Notes: generated by a model not told the origin, from the sequence alone. Shown: positions 49,098-61,379, counted from the first letter of the stretch. The stretch is DNA of 64,000 nucleotides from Phyllosticta citribraziliensis (GCF_038025025.1 NW_027117343.1:2170001-2234000), one strand, 5' to 3'. Numbers and translations: made by a program.

Positions 49098-50797
49098 TCA
49101 CTCGCGATTCATGAGATGCGGGCACTCATGCGGTGCAATGTGGCTCATCTCCTCGCGCGTCTTTTTCGTCTCGTCACTGTCGGGGGCCACGGCTACGCCC
49201 TCGCCTGGTAGTAGGCCTACGGCTTGCTCCTCCATGTCCCTGCGGTGCGGATGGGCAGATGCGGCCGCGTCGTCGTTTTTGCCGATGGATGGGCACGGCG
49301 ACGAGCCGGATTCGGGCGGCGTGTCGGCCGTCCAGCTGCTGCTGCCGCTGCGGCTGGTGTCGGAGCTATCCGAGGGGGCGACTTGAACAACGCCCGCAGT
49401 AGCGGTGGTGGCAGAACCAGCACAGGCAGCAGCAGCAGCAGAGTCGGCAGTGGTCGAGTTGAGCGGCTTCGTCTCGTCCGAGCGGCCGCGGTACTCCGTG
49501 TCCAGCGCGTCGTGCCACTGCTCCTCGGCGGCCTCTTGCTCGTCGCCGGGCGTGATGATGGTGGGCACGCTGGGATCCGACATCTGGCGCGAGATGAAGG
49601 GGCAGCCGGTGCGGCCCTGGGGGCCGGTGAAGATTTTGCGAAAGTGGTCGGCCACGTCCGGCTGATTGCCCGTGTACGACTCGCTCGACCGGGAGCGCTC
49701 GCACTTGGGGCGGTGGGCGAGATCGTGCTCGTCCGTCGTCGGCGTTCCCTGCGTTGGAGTAGCTTCAGACGATGTCGCTGTTTGCTGTGGCGGCGATGGT
49801 GACCGGCTGCTGACCTTTGGCGCGATGGGCTCCTTGTTTACGATGCCCTGTGGTGCGATTTGGCGGAACATGTCCATCGGGTCAAACCACGTCTCGACTC
49901 GTTGCAGCCGGACCTTGTCGTCGACCTTGGCGACAGTGACGCCTTGGATGTCGATGGAGCCGCCGTGGGCTTTGGCCGTGACTTTTTCGCCGCGGCTGCT
50001 CGACGTTAAGATTGATCGGGTGCTTTGGTGACGGCGACTTACTCATTGAAGCCAACATAGTCGTTCTTCATGACACCCCAGTGTCGCCATCGAAAGGCAA
50101 CTTGAGGCGGGCCGCTGTAAACTTCAAGCACCTCCCAGGCAAAGGTGGGCATCATTCTTTTGAACGTCTTGTGGCTAGAGGCAAAGTCGGAATTCTCCGG
50201 GCTGTAGTACTCGTTGGGCGAGATGATGGCGTTGTAAGTTCCAACGTTGAGCATGTGCTCTCCGCTCTGAGGGGGGCCGCCATTTATGGCGAAGGTGTAG
50301 TTTGGTCGGTCAATCGTCCTCCAGTCTGCTAAGTCGGTCTTGAAGGATGCCTCAACCTCCCAGTTCTTGACTAGATTCTCGACGAGATGGTGGAGACTAC
50401 CAGCAGCATGAGACATTTTCTTGGCTAATGTGCTCGATTAGTTAACGGTTTACCATGTTGGCGGTCTATGCAAGAGCAAACAAGATTTTGTGTGCATCGA
50501 CCAGAATCGTCACAAATCTCAGGGGTCTTTTCGGTTTCAGAGGGTCCTTCATGCAACACAGCATCCCTCGTGTGCATGTCCAATGCTCTGCTTCCCAAGT
50601 AAAGACGAATGAAAAGCCCACTTACTCTCTGCATACATCCTGCGAGTCTTGCTATAATCTGGTGCCCGGCCATATCTCCACTTGACATCCTGATCCTTAA
50701 GCACGGCATCGGGGTCGGTCAGGTAATCAGGCAGCCCAGAAGGCTTGGGTTGGGTTACAGCAACCATGGTGTGGAACATGGGCCCAGGTCTCTTCAT
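49098..50797 (-). CDS. 'Pathogen-related protein'-like SnoaL/NTF2-fold protein with a long disordered C-tail, 2 introns; start codon uncertain (50797 or 50779)
   Basis: WRYGRAPDYS, LVENLVKNWEVEASFK, GTYNA, FAWEVLEVYSGPPQVAFRWRHWG and VETWFDP motifs, joined by canonical introns. Confidence 0.85.
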
Positions 50798-53633
50798 CGG
50801 GGAGAACGATTATGATCAATTGAGGAAGTAGCAGAGGCTTTAATAAGCCACGTCAATTGAGATACGAACGACTTGCAGAGCTGGAGGTTTGGAAGAGGTT
50901 TGAGGGGACGGGAGGCCGGAGAAGGGCCTAAATACGTCCGTTTCATATGCAGATGTGAATCCTGGAGGAGCCCACGGTCCTGGGCTGGGCTGCTGGGGGC
51001 GCGGCAAGCAAGCAGAGCTTTGAATGGTGGGGAGCAATCCGTTTCTACTCGGAGACGCGTTGGCTACGTCCAGAGAGGAGACATTGGTCAGGCTTGGATC
51101 TGATAGGAGGCGTCCGGAGGCCGCCCCGTTCCCAAGCAATGTCGGGGCCCTTGAGCCCATTTTTTCCTGTGCAACTCGACGACTTCTGCAGCTCACTGCA
51201 AGAATACCTACAGGTAGAGATTGCATGCTGCGGCTGGGTAACGGGAAATCCTATGCCATGATTTGGCGGGCCAATGCCGGCCGACTGTGTCGAGGCATCT
51301 CATTCGTCTGGAACAGGCTGCGCCGGAGCGATGGGGAGTGTGATTGTTGATGGGGTCCTGGCGGGCGTAAATTTGCTTTTGGCGATTGCTTTTTGGGCGT
51401 CGTAGTTTGCAAATTGTTCATGGCGAGATGAGAGCGCCGAGCAGAGAATGAACAAGCGATACGAGCTCGGACGACATGAAGGCGGCACAGTCGAGCGGAA
51501 CTGAGGAGATGGAGCGTCTGGAGGAGGAGGAGATGGACGGTGGAGCAAGGAAAGCAGGAGGTTGAGGCTGCAAGGGTCCTGGGCGCGGCCGTGCGCCTCT
51601 GCGGCCATCTCTTTTGACGCATGCTGCCGCTGTCTGTACAACCTCATCCGTCCCCTTTCGGCACCTCTGCGCGTCGGCCCTCGCGCTCCATCCGTCCAAT
51701 GCGTCGCGACCTGCTGATTTTTTCCGACTCGATCGCGATGGCGCCCGTTTATCCGCACTGCCGTGTACGGCGCGAACCACCTCGACGCGTGCCTGTGCCA
51801 CCCACTGGACTTTCTTGACGCAGACCACTACGACTCCTGACCGTTACAGGCATAGGCACAGTGTCACTACGTCTCCGCTTCCCGATGCGTCCATCTGCGG
51901 CACTCGACTTCTTTGGCGGCTTCTTCTCATCGAGGCCGTTGCAAGCGCCTCTCTGCTGCACCTCTCAAGGACCCTGGACAGCCACGTTGGCTCGCCGCCT
52001 CTCCCCCCCGTCCTTCAGACCTCTTTTTTTTAATTACCTCTGCAAGAGCCAGGAACAATATGTAGGCAGGCAGCCGGGCCAGTGATGTGACTCGTCGTTT
52101 TTGCCAAAAGGCTGGTCCTGGGGTTACATACGGCGGACTCTCTGTTCATCTTCACGGGCCAGAAGACTGCAAATTGAAGTTTTTTAGGCACACTCCACTG
52201 CACACCGCCATTTCCGTGCCCAATCCGTCAACCTGGTCAGCTGCTTTGGTTTACCCCAGTCTCCAAGGGCGGTTTCCGCGTGACGATCCCATCGGCCTGG
52301 GAGCCTGCTCCAATTGATTTGTGTGGGCAGCGGTGGCGCCTCCGCTCGCGTGTTTGGTTGCTCTCGCATCCGTTGGAGGCTGCATTGAGGAGTTTGCGTG
52401 GCTTCAATCCAAGAGGCCATGATGGTTCCGGAGGCTGACCAAGCCGTCCGTGGCGCAATTGGACGTGGTGCATGAATTGGTGAGGATGTTGCTTTGGTTG
52501 TACCACATCTCAACAAAATTTCTGCGCGTCCGGCTGCTTTCTTTGGCGACTAACAAAACCGTCCCGATGTCCATCCGTGGTTTGGGACAAAGTCGTGGCA
52601 CACGCTACAAAAAGTATGGGCGGGCGCCTAGGTAGGTAGGTACGTAGCATTCGCAGGTCTGAATAGGTGATGAACAACAGCGCAAGCATTTCGTTGCAAA
52701 CTGAGAGGGAGTCCCACGTTATACAGGAGCCTCGATCGGTGATGTCTCCGTCTCAGCTTGGCGCCACCAGCAAAAGATCGAGGACGTGGAGGGACGAAAG
52801 ACATGTCGTGACACACGCGGCTGCGGGAGGAGCATGAAGTTGTTGTCTACACGGTGTGTAGGAGCACAGTGTCTCTTCTTATCTGCGTCTGCGCGGAATA
52901 ATACGAGGTGTGACTTGCTGGGGGTGCGTGACACGGCCTCTTTAGGTGAGTGCGGGATGTGATGTGCCCGGTGGCAAGAAGAATTGTAAAGTTCTTGATG
53001 ATATTTTGGTCAAGATTCACCGGTGGCGAGAAGAAAATCATCGTCTTGATGAATATTGGAGGTCGATCCGGCAAGCTTACGCGCCGCGCCGACATTCATC
53101 CAGGAACTAGAAACCAAAGTAGCGAGCGGAATGTTTCCCACTGTCGATGAACTCGGCAGAGCGTGAACATAGAGAGTCTCGAAAAAGGGTGAAGCTACAC
53201 CGCACACCACTTATACCAAAAGTAGTCCTCAATAGACGAATCACGCGCAACAAAAAACTCTCCGTCGAAAGCAACAAGTGCAAAACCTAAAATCAGGCGA
53301 AGAAAAAAGAAAGAAAAACCAACGGACCATTCAATATACCAGACACAAATCGCATTATGTGTGTAGCTGAAGGGTCCGCCGACGGCTGCCAGTTAGTAGG
53401 ATGAACGCGCTCTCTGTCATCACACACAATCTCTCTGTTCTACATACCACGGGGCGGCGGCAACGCGGGAAAAACAAAAAGGGCCGTAAGCATTACCCAT
53501 CCCTTCACTTCTCCTCGCACAAATCACCACCCACCCAGCGCCCCCTTCGAAAGCCCCTCGATGTTCTTTACAACCTAGAGATAGTTAAAGAATATAAGTT
53601 TTAATTTCCACACTCCCTTTCCATCAACAAGCC

Positions 53634-53734
53634 GCCCGGCTAGCTCAATCGGTAGAGCGTGAGACTCTTACTGGTTCTACATGTCAGAAAAAGAGGTTAT
53701 CTCAAGGCTGCGGGTTCGACCCCCGCGTTGGGCT
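53634..53734 (+). tRNA. tRNA-Lys (CTT) with a 28-nt intron (53671-53698)
   Basis: Acceptor GCCCGGC/GTTGGGC; D-arm GCTC..GAGC; anticodon stem TGAGA/TCTCA with CTT at 53667-53669; canonical 37/38 intron containing AAGAG, complementary to the anticodon loop; TTCGA T-loop; T-runs downstream. Confidence 0.95.
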
Positions 53735-54929
53735 CAATTCCCACGATTCTTTTTGTTTTTTGACCTGCTGGTGGCGGGGGGGACGTTTGGGAGATGTTTT
53801 CGTGGTTTTGACTTTTTGATTTTTTTTTTTTTTTTTTTTTGGTGTGGTCGGGGGCATTGGGGGAGGTGGAAGGTGGAGGAAGGAGCGTCGAGTGGGTGCC
53901 TTCCTCCTATAACCATGGCACACTGGCACGTGTCGTCGTCGTCGCTGCTGTGCAGTGAACTGAAGGAAGGGAGAATTATGGGTGACGGAACACTTTCAAT
54001 TATTTTATTCAATACTGGATCCTCGCAGACAGGAAGCGGTTCCACTTGTACGTCGAGCAGTTACGATCCTTCTACACTGACTCTTTATGTGTGTACATTT
54101 ACGACGCCCACCTCTTCTCTCTTGTTTCTTTTTTCATTTTTTCCCCTCCTCTAATCATCATCTTTGCTCTTTGCCCCTACTCACCCATTTACTCTTCTTC
54201 TCTCTCCCCTCTTTGCCGACGCATGTAGGCAGGTAGCTGGCACCGCACCAACACACATCATCCACATGACATGATCCACAACCTCGCTTCGTTTCCTCCT
54301 AGCCTCTCCTCTTCTCTCCATCTCCTGCACAACGTCGACGCAGTCATTCAGCCAGTCACTCAGTCAGACTCAGTCAACCAGTCGCTCAATCAGGCAGGGC
54401 AGAGCCCAAGGACGCACGCAAATGCAAACGCAGCAATGTGGAAATCCACCGACCACTTGCCCGGCTTTTCTCGGAAGAGCAGGTCGACTGTCTGTCTATC
54501 CGGCGGCCGTCCGGCTTTGTTTACCGGCCCGCCTGAGCACAAGTCTACGTACGTACAGTCAAGTCTAGACGGTGTGGCGAGGAGACGAGACGAGAGGAGA
54601 CGAGAGGAAAGGAGAGATGGGACGGGGTGGGCAGTGGATGTCTTTGGCCACCTAGGTACTGAGGCATGGTGCGAAAGTGATGGGATATATCTTCTCTGTG
54701 CTCGCACCCTCGCGGCACAGGGGGGTGTTCGAAGAAATGAGAGATGAGGCCGCCTGGCAGTACGAGTGCGTTCAGGGAGGACTCGTTCCCTGCTACAGCT
54801 GCATTTAAGGGGTACTGTTTACTGCTACAGCCAGACCCAGGGAGTCTCATTTGCTGTCGACACCCACCCACCGTACCCCTTTCCACAAACACCCCCTCCC
54901 CTCCCTCTCTCCAACCACCACCGTCCTAC

Positions 54930-56066
54930 CTACCGCCTCACATCAAACAGCTCCTCAGCATTCCGCCGAAACAGCCTATCAACCAACGCCTCATCGCCAT
55001 CACACCACCGCAGGCAGCGCTCCACAAACGGCACCACGTCGAGCCCGTCGAAGCGCGTGTGCGGCCAGTCGGTCGCAAAGACGACGCGCCGCGGCGCCGC
55101 GCGCAGCAGCTCGCGCGCCATGGCCGCCGTCCACGGCAGCGCCGGGTCGGACTCGATGCGGTACGCGCCGGACAGCTTGACCCACGTGCTGCTGCTGTCG
55201 CGGAGCAGGCGGACGAGGCTGGCGAATCCGGCGAGGGTGTAGGGGTCGTGGTCGTGTTCGGCCCCCTTGGAGCGCGCACTCGCACCGCCCGCCCCCTGAT
55301 GCGCGTCGCTGCCGGGCTTTGGGGAGTCTGGCAGCGTGGGGTGGCCCAGGTGGTCAATCACGATGCGCACGCCCAGCGGCGGGTCCTGGCGCACGACGTC
55401 CTCGAGCAGCGGCACGCTCTCGAGGCCCAAGTACAGCTGCACCGCCCAACCGAAGCCGCGCACGGCGTCGGCGGCGGCGCGCAGCTCGCTGCCCAGCTCG
55501 GCGGCCGTCACGGCGCGCCCGACGCTCTTGAAGTTGAGCCGCACGCCGCGCACGCCGAGCGCGTGCCACGCAAACAGCGTGTCGGGGGACGCGTCGGGCG
55601 GCAGGGCGACGACGGCGCGCGCGCGGTCCGGGCCCAGCGCGTGCAGCGCGGCCAGCGTGCAGCTGTTGTCGGTGCCGTAGATGGAGGGCTGCACGATGAC
55701 GAGGTTGGCCAGAGGCGCGAGGAGCGGGTGCGAGGCGTAAAAGGACTGGGCTTGGTGGAGCGTGTGGGCGGATGGAGTGTATTTGGCGTTGGGGGCAAGG
55801 GGGAAGGCGGCCGGGTCGATGAGGTGCATGTGTGCATCCCATGAGCCAGGGGGAGGCGCAGTGCCGTCATGATGATTTTGGAGGAGCGGCGGCCCGGTTG
55901 AAAACGGTTGACATGGACGAATGCTTCTTGGGGAGCGAAGACGAGGCGGTGTTGGGGCGCGTGTGAGGCTTGGGCAAGGGTGCGTCATGGTGATTGGGCA
56001 GGCCTTGAGGCGCGCCATGTGCGGGCGCAACAGGCGGCGGCCAAGTCCCGTGAGGACCCAAGACAT
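54930..56066 (-). CDS. Amidohydrolase_2-family TIM-barrel hydrolase (lactonase-like); Arg-rich N-terminus may be a mitochondrial presequence; start uncertain
   Basis: WDAHMH, VIVQPSIYGTDN, GVRGVRLN, VIDHLG, WVKLSGAYR, FATDWPH and NAEELF motifs. Confidence 0.88.
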   Translation of the reverse strand: MSWVLTGLGRRLLRPHMARLKACPITMTHPCPSLTRAPTPPRLRSPRSIRPCQPFSTGPPLLQNHHDGTAPPPGSWDAHMHLIDPAAFPLAPNAKYTPSAHTLHQAQSFYASHPLLAPLANLVIVQPSIYGTDNSCTLAALHALGPDRARAVVALPPDASPDTLFAWHALGVRGVRLNFKSVGRAVTAAELGSELRAAADAVRGFGWAVQLYLGLESVPLLEDVVRQDPPLGVRIVIDHLGHPTLPDSPKPGSDAHQGAGGASARSKGAEHDHDPYTLAGFASLVRLLRDSSSTWVKLSGAYRIESDPALPWTAAMARELLRAAPRRVVFATDWPHTRFDGLDVVPFVERCLRWCDGDEALVDRLFRRNAEELFDVRR

Positions 56067-57004
56067 TTGGAAGAGGGTTTAGATTTTGTTTCTTTGCTCC
56101 AGAGGGGATAGTGGTCGGAGGTGGTGCAGCAGAGGTGCGGCAGAAGCGGGGTTGACCTACCTGTGATGGCCCAACAGCTCAGGCATCAAGCCGAAGCTTA
56201 GCTGCTACCATGTTTCGAGGCTTGGTCGACATGGCGGCCAAGACGCGAAAAGGGGTGTCCTTGTCGGTGGTTCAGCAAAGATGATTGCTCTGCATTTAGG
56301 ACAGCACCTGATAAGGAGTACTGCAGCTATGCAAAGAAGAAAATCTCATGGTCTCGGACGTGTGGACGCGTTGTACACGACTTGTTCACTAAGCCTCGTC
56401 ACGCCCGCAGCCGGGCTTCCGAAAGTGTTCTAGAAGGCGACTTGTTAACCTTTGGGGGGTGCTTGGCCTGCAACTAGCAAATAGCGCGATTCCAGATGGC
56501 TTCTGCGGCAGGCAGGCTCATGGGCGGAATGTCAGGAGATTTGCGGAGTTGGGGGCAGGCTGAGGGTTGCAGTGGTGGTGCCATGGAAAAGCAACAGGGC
56601 TTCCCCGCTCTCGATGACGGCGATGATGATGATGATGATGATGAGGGTGCGCAGTAACCGAAGGTAATGTATGTCGCTGTAAGGTATGCAGCGATTAGGT
56701 TGGTCGGTTGCTGGATGGTTGGGGCGGCAAAGAATGAGGTCTTGGTTGCCGAGCACTGGATGCAGTATTCGGCCGACGAAGAGACAGTCGGTTTCTCGGT
56801 TTCTTCGGAAGAGCTGCGCAGGGCGAGGCTGACGGCGAAGAAGGATGCTCTCGTCGAAGTCACGAGCGGCAGAGTTGTTTTGTTGACCGCTCTTCTTCGT
56901 AATAGTGGCACGCGTGACTGGACGAGGTGTTGGTGAGTGGCCACGTCTAGCGCAAACGAGGGGGCGTGGGACAAAGAGGTGGCCTGGCCGTGGCGAGACG
57001 TAAG

Positions 57005-57011
57005 TGAGTCA
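57005..57011. promoter_or_regulatory. TGAGTCA, candidate Gcn4/CpcA (AP-1) site in the divergent amidohydrolase/cyclin promoter
   Basis: Exact TGASTCA match, with a second near-match TGACTCT at ~57564. A 7-mer can occur by chance. Confidence 0.45.
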
Positions 57012-58092
57012 GCGGCGGAAAATTCTCGGGCAGGCACCAGCGAGTGGCAAGCGCTGTCTACTGACTGCCCGCCTCACCGGCCACTGGCCGCAAGCGTAAC
57101 GTAACAGGTGGTACAGTACCAGTCAAAGGGTGGCTAATACACAAGCTGAAAGCGTCCAACAAAGCCGATCTAGCACCCCGGCCTCGTCTTATTCTGGGCA
57201 CCGGCGGGGTCCGACGGGACACGCATCGCTCTACTCCTACATAGGTGCGTTCCCAAGCGACCAGCGGCAAACGACACGCTGGACACTGTAGCCACCGCGT
57301 CCGTCGGCATCCCTCCGCTCTCTGCGTGCGTGCAATCGAGTGGGAGCGCCGTCTGGGTGCCGTGGCCGTGGCCCTGGCCGTCGCGGAGCCCATGGCGGTC
57401 CGTGCGCGGTGGTAGGGTAGGGTAAGGTAGGGTCGACGGGAGTCCAGTCATGCCCTGCCCGGGCTTGGCCTTCGCCGGTGGGTGGACGTGGGAGTCGCAG
57501 TCGCAGTCGCAGTCGCAGTCGGGTGCCATCCATATCAAAAAGCCCGCCACCCGCGCCGTGCAGTGACTCTTCTCCCCCCCCCCCCCCAAGAATCAGCCAC
57601 GCTGCATCACACATCATGGCCTTTGTCAAATCCTCCCCAGTCGTCTAGACTTCTGTTGTCCTCACTCTCCCGCCTCCAGACTATTCTCTCCTCTCCTCTC
57701 CACTCCACTCTCTCGTCTGCCACTGCAACCTTCTGGCCACCTGTTTGCCTCCCGCCCGGCCTTGCCCGTTTACCCAGTCAGCAGCCTTGTCTCATAACGC
57801 ACCGACGCTCTTACCGCTGCGCTGCCGCCTTCTCCAACGACTCACTCCTGCTCGACTGCCTATCCCTCCTCCCTCCTTATAACCACTCTGCTCTCCAGCC
57901 TCACCTCCATCCCTCCATCCCTCCTAATCAAATCCCTCCCGCTTGCACACGGCTCTTGCCTCGTTCACTCGATCGCGACCGCTGCTCCGCAAGACGACCC
58001 ACCTGTCCACCTCGACGACGAACCCTCCACCTACCTCCGACTCCTCTCGGCTTGTCCTGGCACGCGCTTGGTTCCGCTCGGCTACCTCGCGC

Positions 58093-58116
58093 ATGGTGAC
58101 GCTCGTCACCGCCTAA
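58093..58116 (+). other. uORF1 of the Pcl5-like cyclin (MVTLVTA*)
   Basis: ATG GTG ACG CTC GTC ACC GCC TAA. One of only two ATGs between 57619 and the cyclin ATG. Confidence 0.55.
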
Positions 58117-58146
58117 CCTCCTACAAGCTCCACCACACAAGTCACA

Positions 58147-58254
58147 ATGTACACCAAGTCATACAAAGCGCCAGTCGTCATCAGTCGCCCAGAGATCTCC
58201 ATCGGTTCAGATTCCAAGACCATCATCGTCCACGAACGCGCTGTTCGCTACTAG
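58147..58254 (+). other. uORF2 of the Pcl5-like cyclin, 35 aa (MYTKSYKAPVVISRPEISIGSDSKTIIVHERAVRY*)
   Basis: Strong fungal start context (CACA-ATG), C-ending codon bias, and ~540 nt without any ATG between it and the main start. Confidence 0.6.
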
Positions 58255-58796
58255 TCTCCGCTCCTCCTTTGCGTCTTTGGCCCCGACGGACTTGATCCCC
58301 GCCGAGCCAAAACACACGAGAGTACTGGATTCTGTGTCGGACAAGGTCCCTATCTGAACATCTCTGTTGCTGACGGCGACTGGACGCTTCCAAATCGTCA
58401 ACCGCTCCTGCAAAAAACTCCCCGACTCACGACCGTCTTCGACATTCTGCACACTCTGGATTTGTTCTTAATTCCTGGCAAGGACTGAAAGCGTACAACG
58501 GCACCTTTGGTTCCGCGTGCACCATCACGAGCATTTGGCGACCTTCCAAACGCCTCTACACCAATTCCAGAAAAGACCAGTCTTCAAAAGACCAGTCAGC
58601 TGCTGCATTGTCAGACCACTGAGCGGGTGATTCCTGGCACTTCTTACCGGATTCCTCTCTCGGTCACCCCACGACCATCCAAAAGTTTCGACTTTCGGGC
58701 CCAAAAGGGACACACGGGTGCTTAAAAGCAACCTCTCCACTCTCTATCTGCTTGCTGGCTTTTGGTTAGTATACCCAGGCGTTCTCCAGTTACATC

Positions 58797-60957
58797 ATGG
58801 GTAGCGACTTCCCCTTCGGCCAAGACGTCTCCCATCCCTACGGGTCCTCCGTTTCTTCTTCAGCCTCCTCTTCTACTTCTTCGGTATTTTCCTTTGACGC
58901 CGCTTCCTCTACTTCTTCAATCTCCTCGGCTGCAACCTCGATCCACGGCAGCTGGGACTCGAGCGACTCGTGGAGCCGCCCATCTTTCCAAGACGCTGCT
59001 TGCACGCGCGCTGGCGAGTCCTTTGCGACCAGCGGCGGTGTTCAGCGCTACAATGCACCTTGCCAAACTCAGGGCGCCCTTCCCCCTCTGCAATCTGCCG
59101 TTGATGCTGCCCTCGCCGCAGAATCTCGGCGCAACCCGCGCAGATGTGCCACTGCCAACACGCGTGCGCCGCCCGCTCTGGTTCGCCAGAGCGAGCGCAC
59201 TGTCAAGTTTGTTGACAGCCTCGTCGGTAAGCAATACAACCTCCACCTCCCCGAACCCTTCGCTGAGCACTGTACAAGACTCTGCGACCCAAATGGTTGA
59301 GATAATTTGGCCCCTCTCTGTGCCTGCCTGCCGCAATGAGGGCTCCGGCCGCGGTGTGCTTCCTCTTCGAACCTTTATTCAAGAGACGCTCCGCCGATCC
59401 CGGACCAGCTACTCGACCCTCCAAGTCGCACTTTACTATCTCATCCTCATCAAGGCGCACGTCCCCAAGATTGACTTCACCATGGAGCAACCTGAAGACC
59501 AGTCTTTGCGAGCTCTGCAATGCGGTCGTCGCATGTTCTTGGCCGCCCTGATTTTGGCCTCAAAATACCTCCAGGACCGAAATTACTCTGCTCGGGCTTG
59601 GAGCAAGATTTCCGGCCTCAAGGTCCACGAGATCAACACCAACGAAATGGCGTTTCTCAAGGCCGTCAACTGGAAGTTGCACATTACAGACCCAATCTTT
59701 GAAAGATGGCAGGCAATCGTCCTGAGAGCATCGCCCTCTCACCCTCCACCGTCTCCTGGAGCCCCGCAACTCCCCTGCGGCTTCAACGATTGGAGAGCAC
59801 TCATTCCCATTCTCACCCCCGAGCTGGACAACTTTGATCTCATTCGCAAAGCTCCGACCAGCATGCAGGTTCCGAGGCAGCTGAGCCCTCCTGCGGCTCC
59901 GTTTGCGCCAGGCTTTGTGCGCGACTCGTGGCACATGGAGCCCTCATCGGCTCCTCGCCAAAAGGGAGCGCCATTTGTTCTGGAGCCTACAGTGGACATG
60001 ACCCCCCCTGCGCCACTGCTGTCAAGACTCGGACCTCTCCCAACGCCACAAATGACTCCCCAGTCGGCGGCTTCAATCACTCCTGCAGCGAGTGTTGCGG
60101 CCATGGGAGCCAGACGCCCTTCCATGTGCACAGCCATGGCCTACCACCAAACCGCAATGTCGCGGAGCGCTCTCGACCAGGTCACCCCGGCTTCCCGTTA
60201 CCACGGTCTGGAAGCTTATCAAGTCTGTGGCCGACGACCCTCTCTTGCGACGTCGACGACTTCGTCGTCCTCTTCGCCAGAGTCCATGATCTCGGACAGT
60301 TCTTCTCGGTCCTCTCGCGCATCCTCCATTTCCTCCATCTCGTCCGCGGCATGGGCGCCTGACACTGCCAAATTGGCAAAGTTGGCGACGTGCCGCAATG
60401 CGGGGCTGCCCTACCAGGTGCAACCAAAGGAAAAGGAAAACGCCGAGTACGTACCATCGATTCTTCCGAGCGAACCACTGTCGTCCCCCGATCTCGAGGG
60501 CTTCCACATCAACGACACGGCGGAGCCGACCCCTGTGCCATTCCAGCGCGCCGAGCTTCCGCCCCAATCCACTGCTGAGGATGGAGCCAAGGGACGTAAG
60601 CGATGCAGATCATCCACGACGGATACGTCGCTGCAGCAAAACGTTCGTGCGCTTCTGAGTCAGGACCAATTGGCTGCCGAGACGCTGCTCGCCATGGACA
60701 TGGATCGCCAGACTGGATTCACCCAGCCCTCTGTGGCCAACGATGCCTGTATCGCCACCAGTTTTTTGCTCAACGACACGACGACGACGCCTTTGGCACT
60801 TAGCACCAAGGGGCTGCAGTCCCCGTTTGCGACGGTGCCGGAAGCGCGTCGTCCCGTTCAGAAGGACTTGGGGCGGAAGCGGGCGTGTTGCGCCAGCGAG
60901 GTGTCGCAGCTGCTTCAGCAGCGGTCTGGTCCTGGCATGTGGGATGGCATCATCTGA
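58797..60957 (+). CDS. PCL5: Pho85-type cyclin, Pcl5-like; intron ~59227-59278
   Basis: Splicing joins FVDSLV|DSATQMVEIIWP; cyclin box LRTFIQETLRRSRTSYSTLQVALYY...CGRRMFLAALILASKYLQDRNYSARAWSKISGL; Ser/Pro-rich tail. Confidence 0.88.
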
Positions 60958-61379
60958 GAAGCCTCACCTCCCTGTCGCTTTGTACATTTCCACCATCACT
61001 TGCACTCCAACATATAACCATCTACCTTGACTCTCTTGCGAGCCCTTTTTTTTTTTTTCTTTCTTTCCTTCGTTGTTACTTTTGCTTCGAGAAATATTCT
61101 TAACCAAACGACTTGCTTGCCTCTGACCCTTTGTTTCTTTCTTGCTTTCCGAATCGACGACCCACCCCCCGTCACGGTCGTCTTTCTGGTGCTGCTGCCT
61201 GCTTGGCGTTTTCCCCCTTCCTTTTTTCGTTTTCGTGTTCTTTCTTCACCTCGAGTTTTTCAAATACATTAACGGTCGGGAAACGGGGCCGGTGGCGAAT
61301 CACCACCAGGCAGGGTCTTTCGCAATCGGAGTGGGGGTTTTTCTTTACCTCGATGGATTGATTGGGGGCGAGGTGGGGC

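Noticed and set aside
56474..57037. ORFs on both strands around a (GAT)n tract in the amidohydrolase/cyclin intergenic region
   Set aside because: Short, interrupted by a stop or lacking an ATG, and with no motif; not supportable as genes.
58762..59226. ORF-track N-terminus of the 731-aa cyclin ORF
   Set aside because: Wrong frame before the intron. The real first exon starts at ATG 58797, and an in-frame TAG at 58767 excludes an unspliced non-AUG extension.
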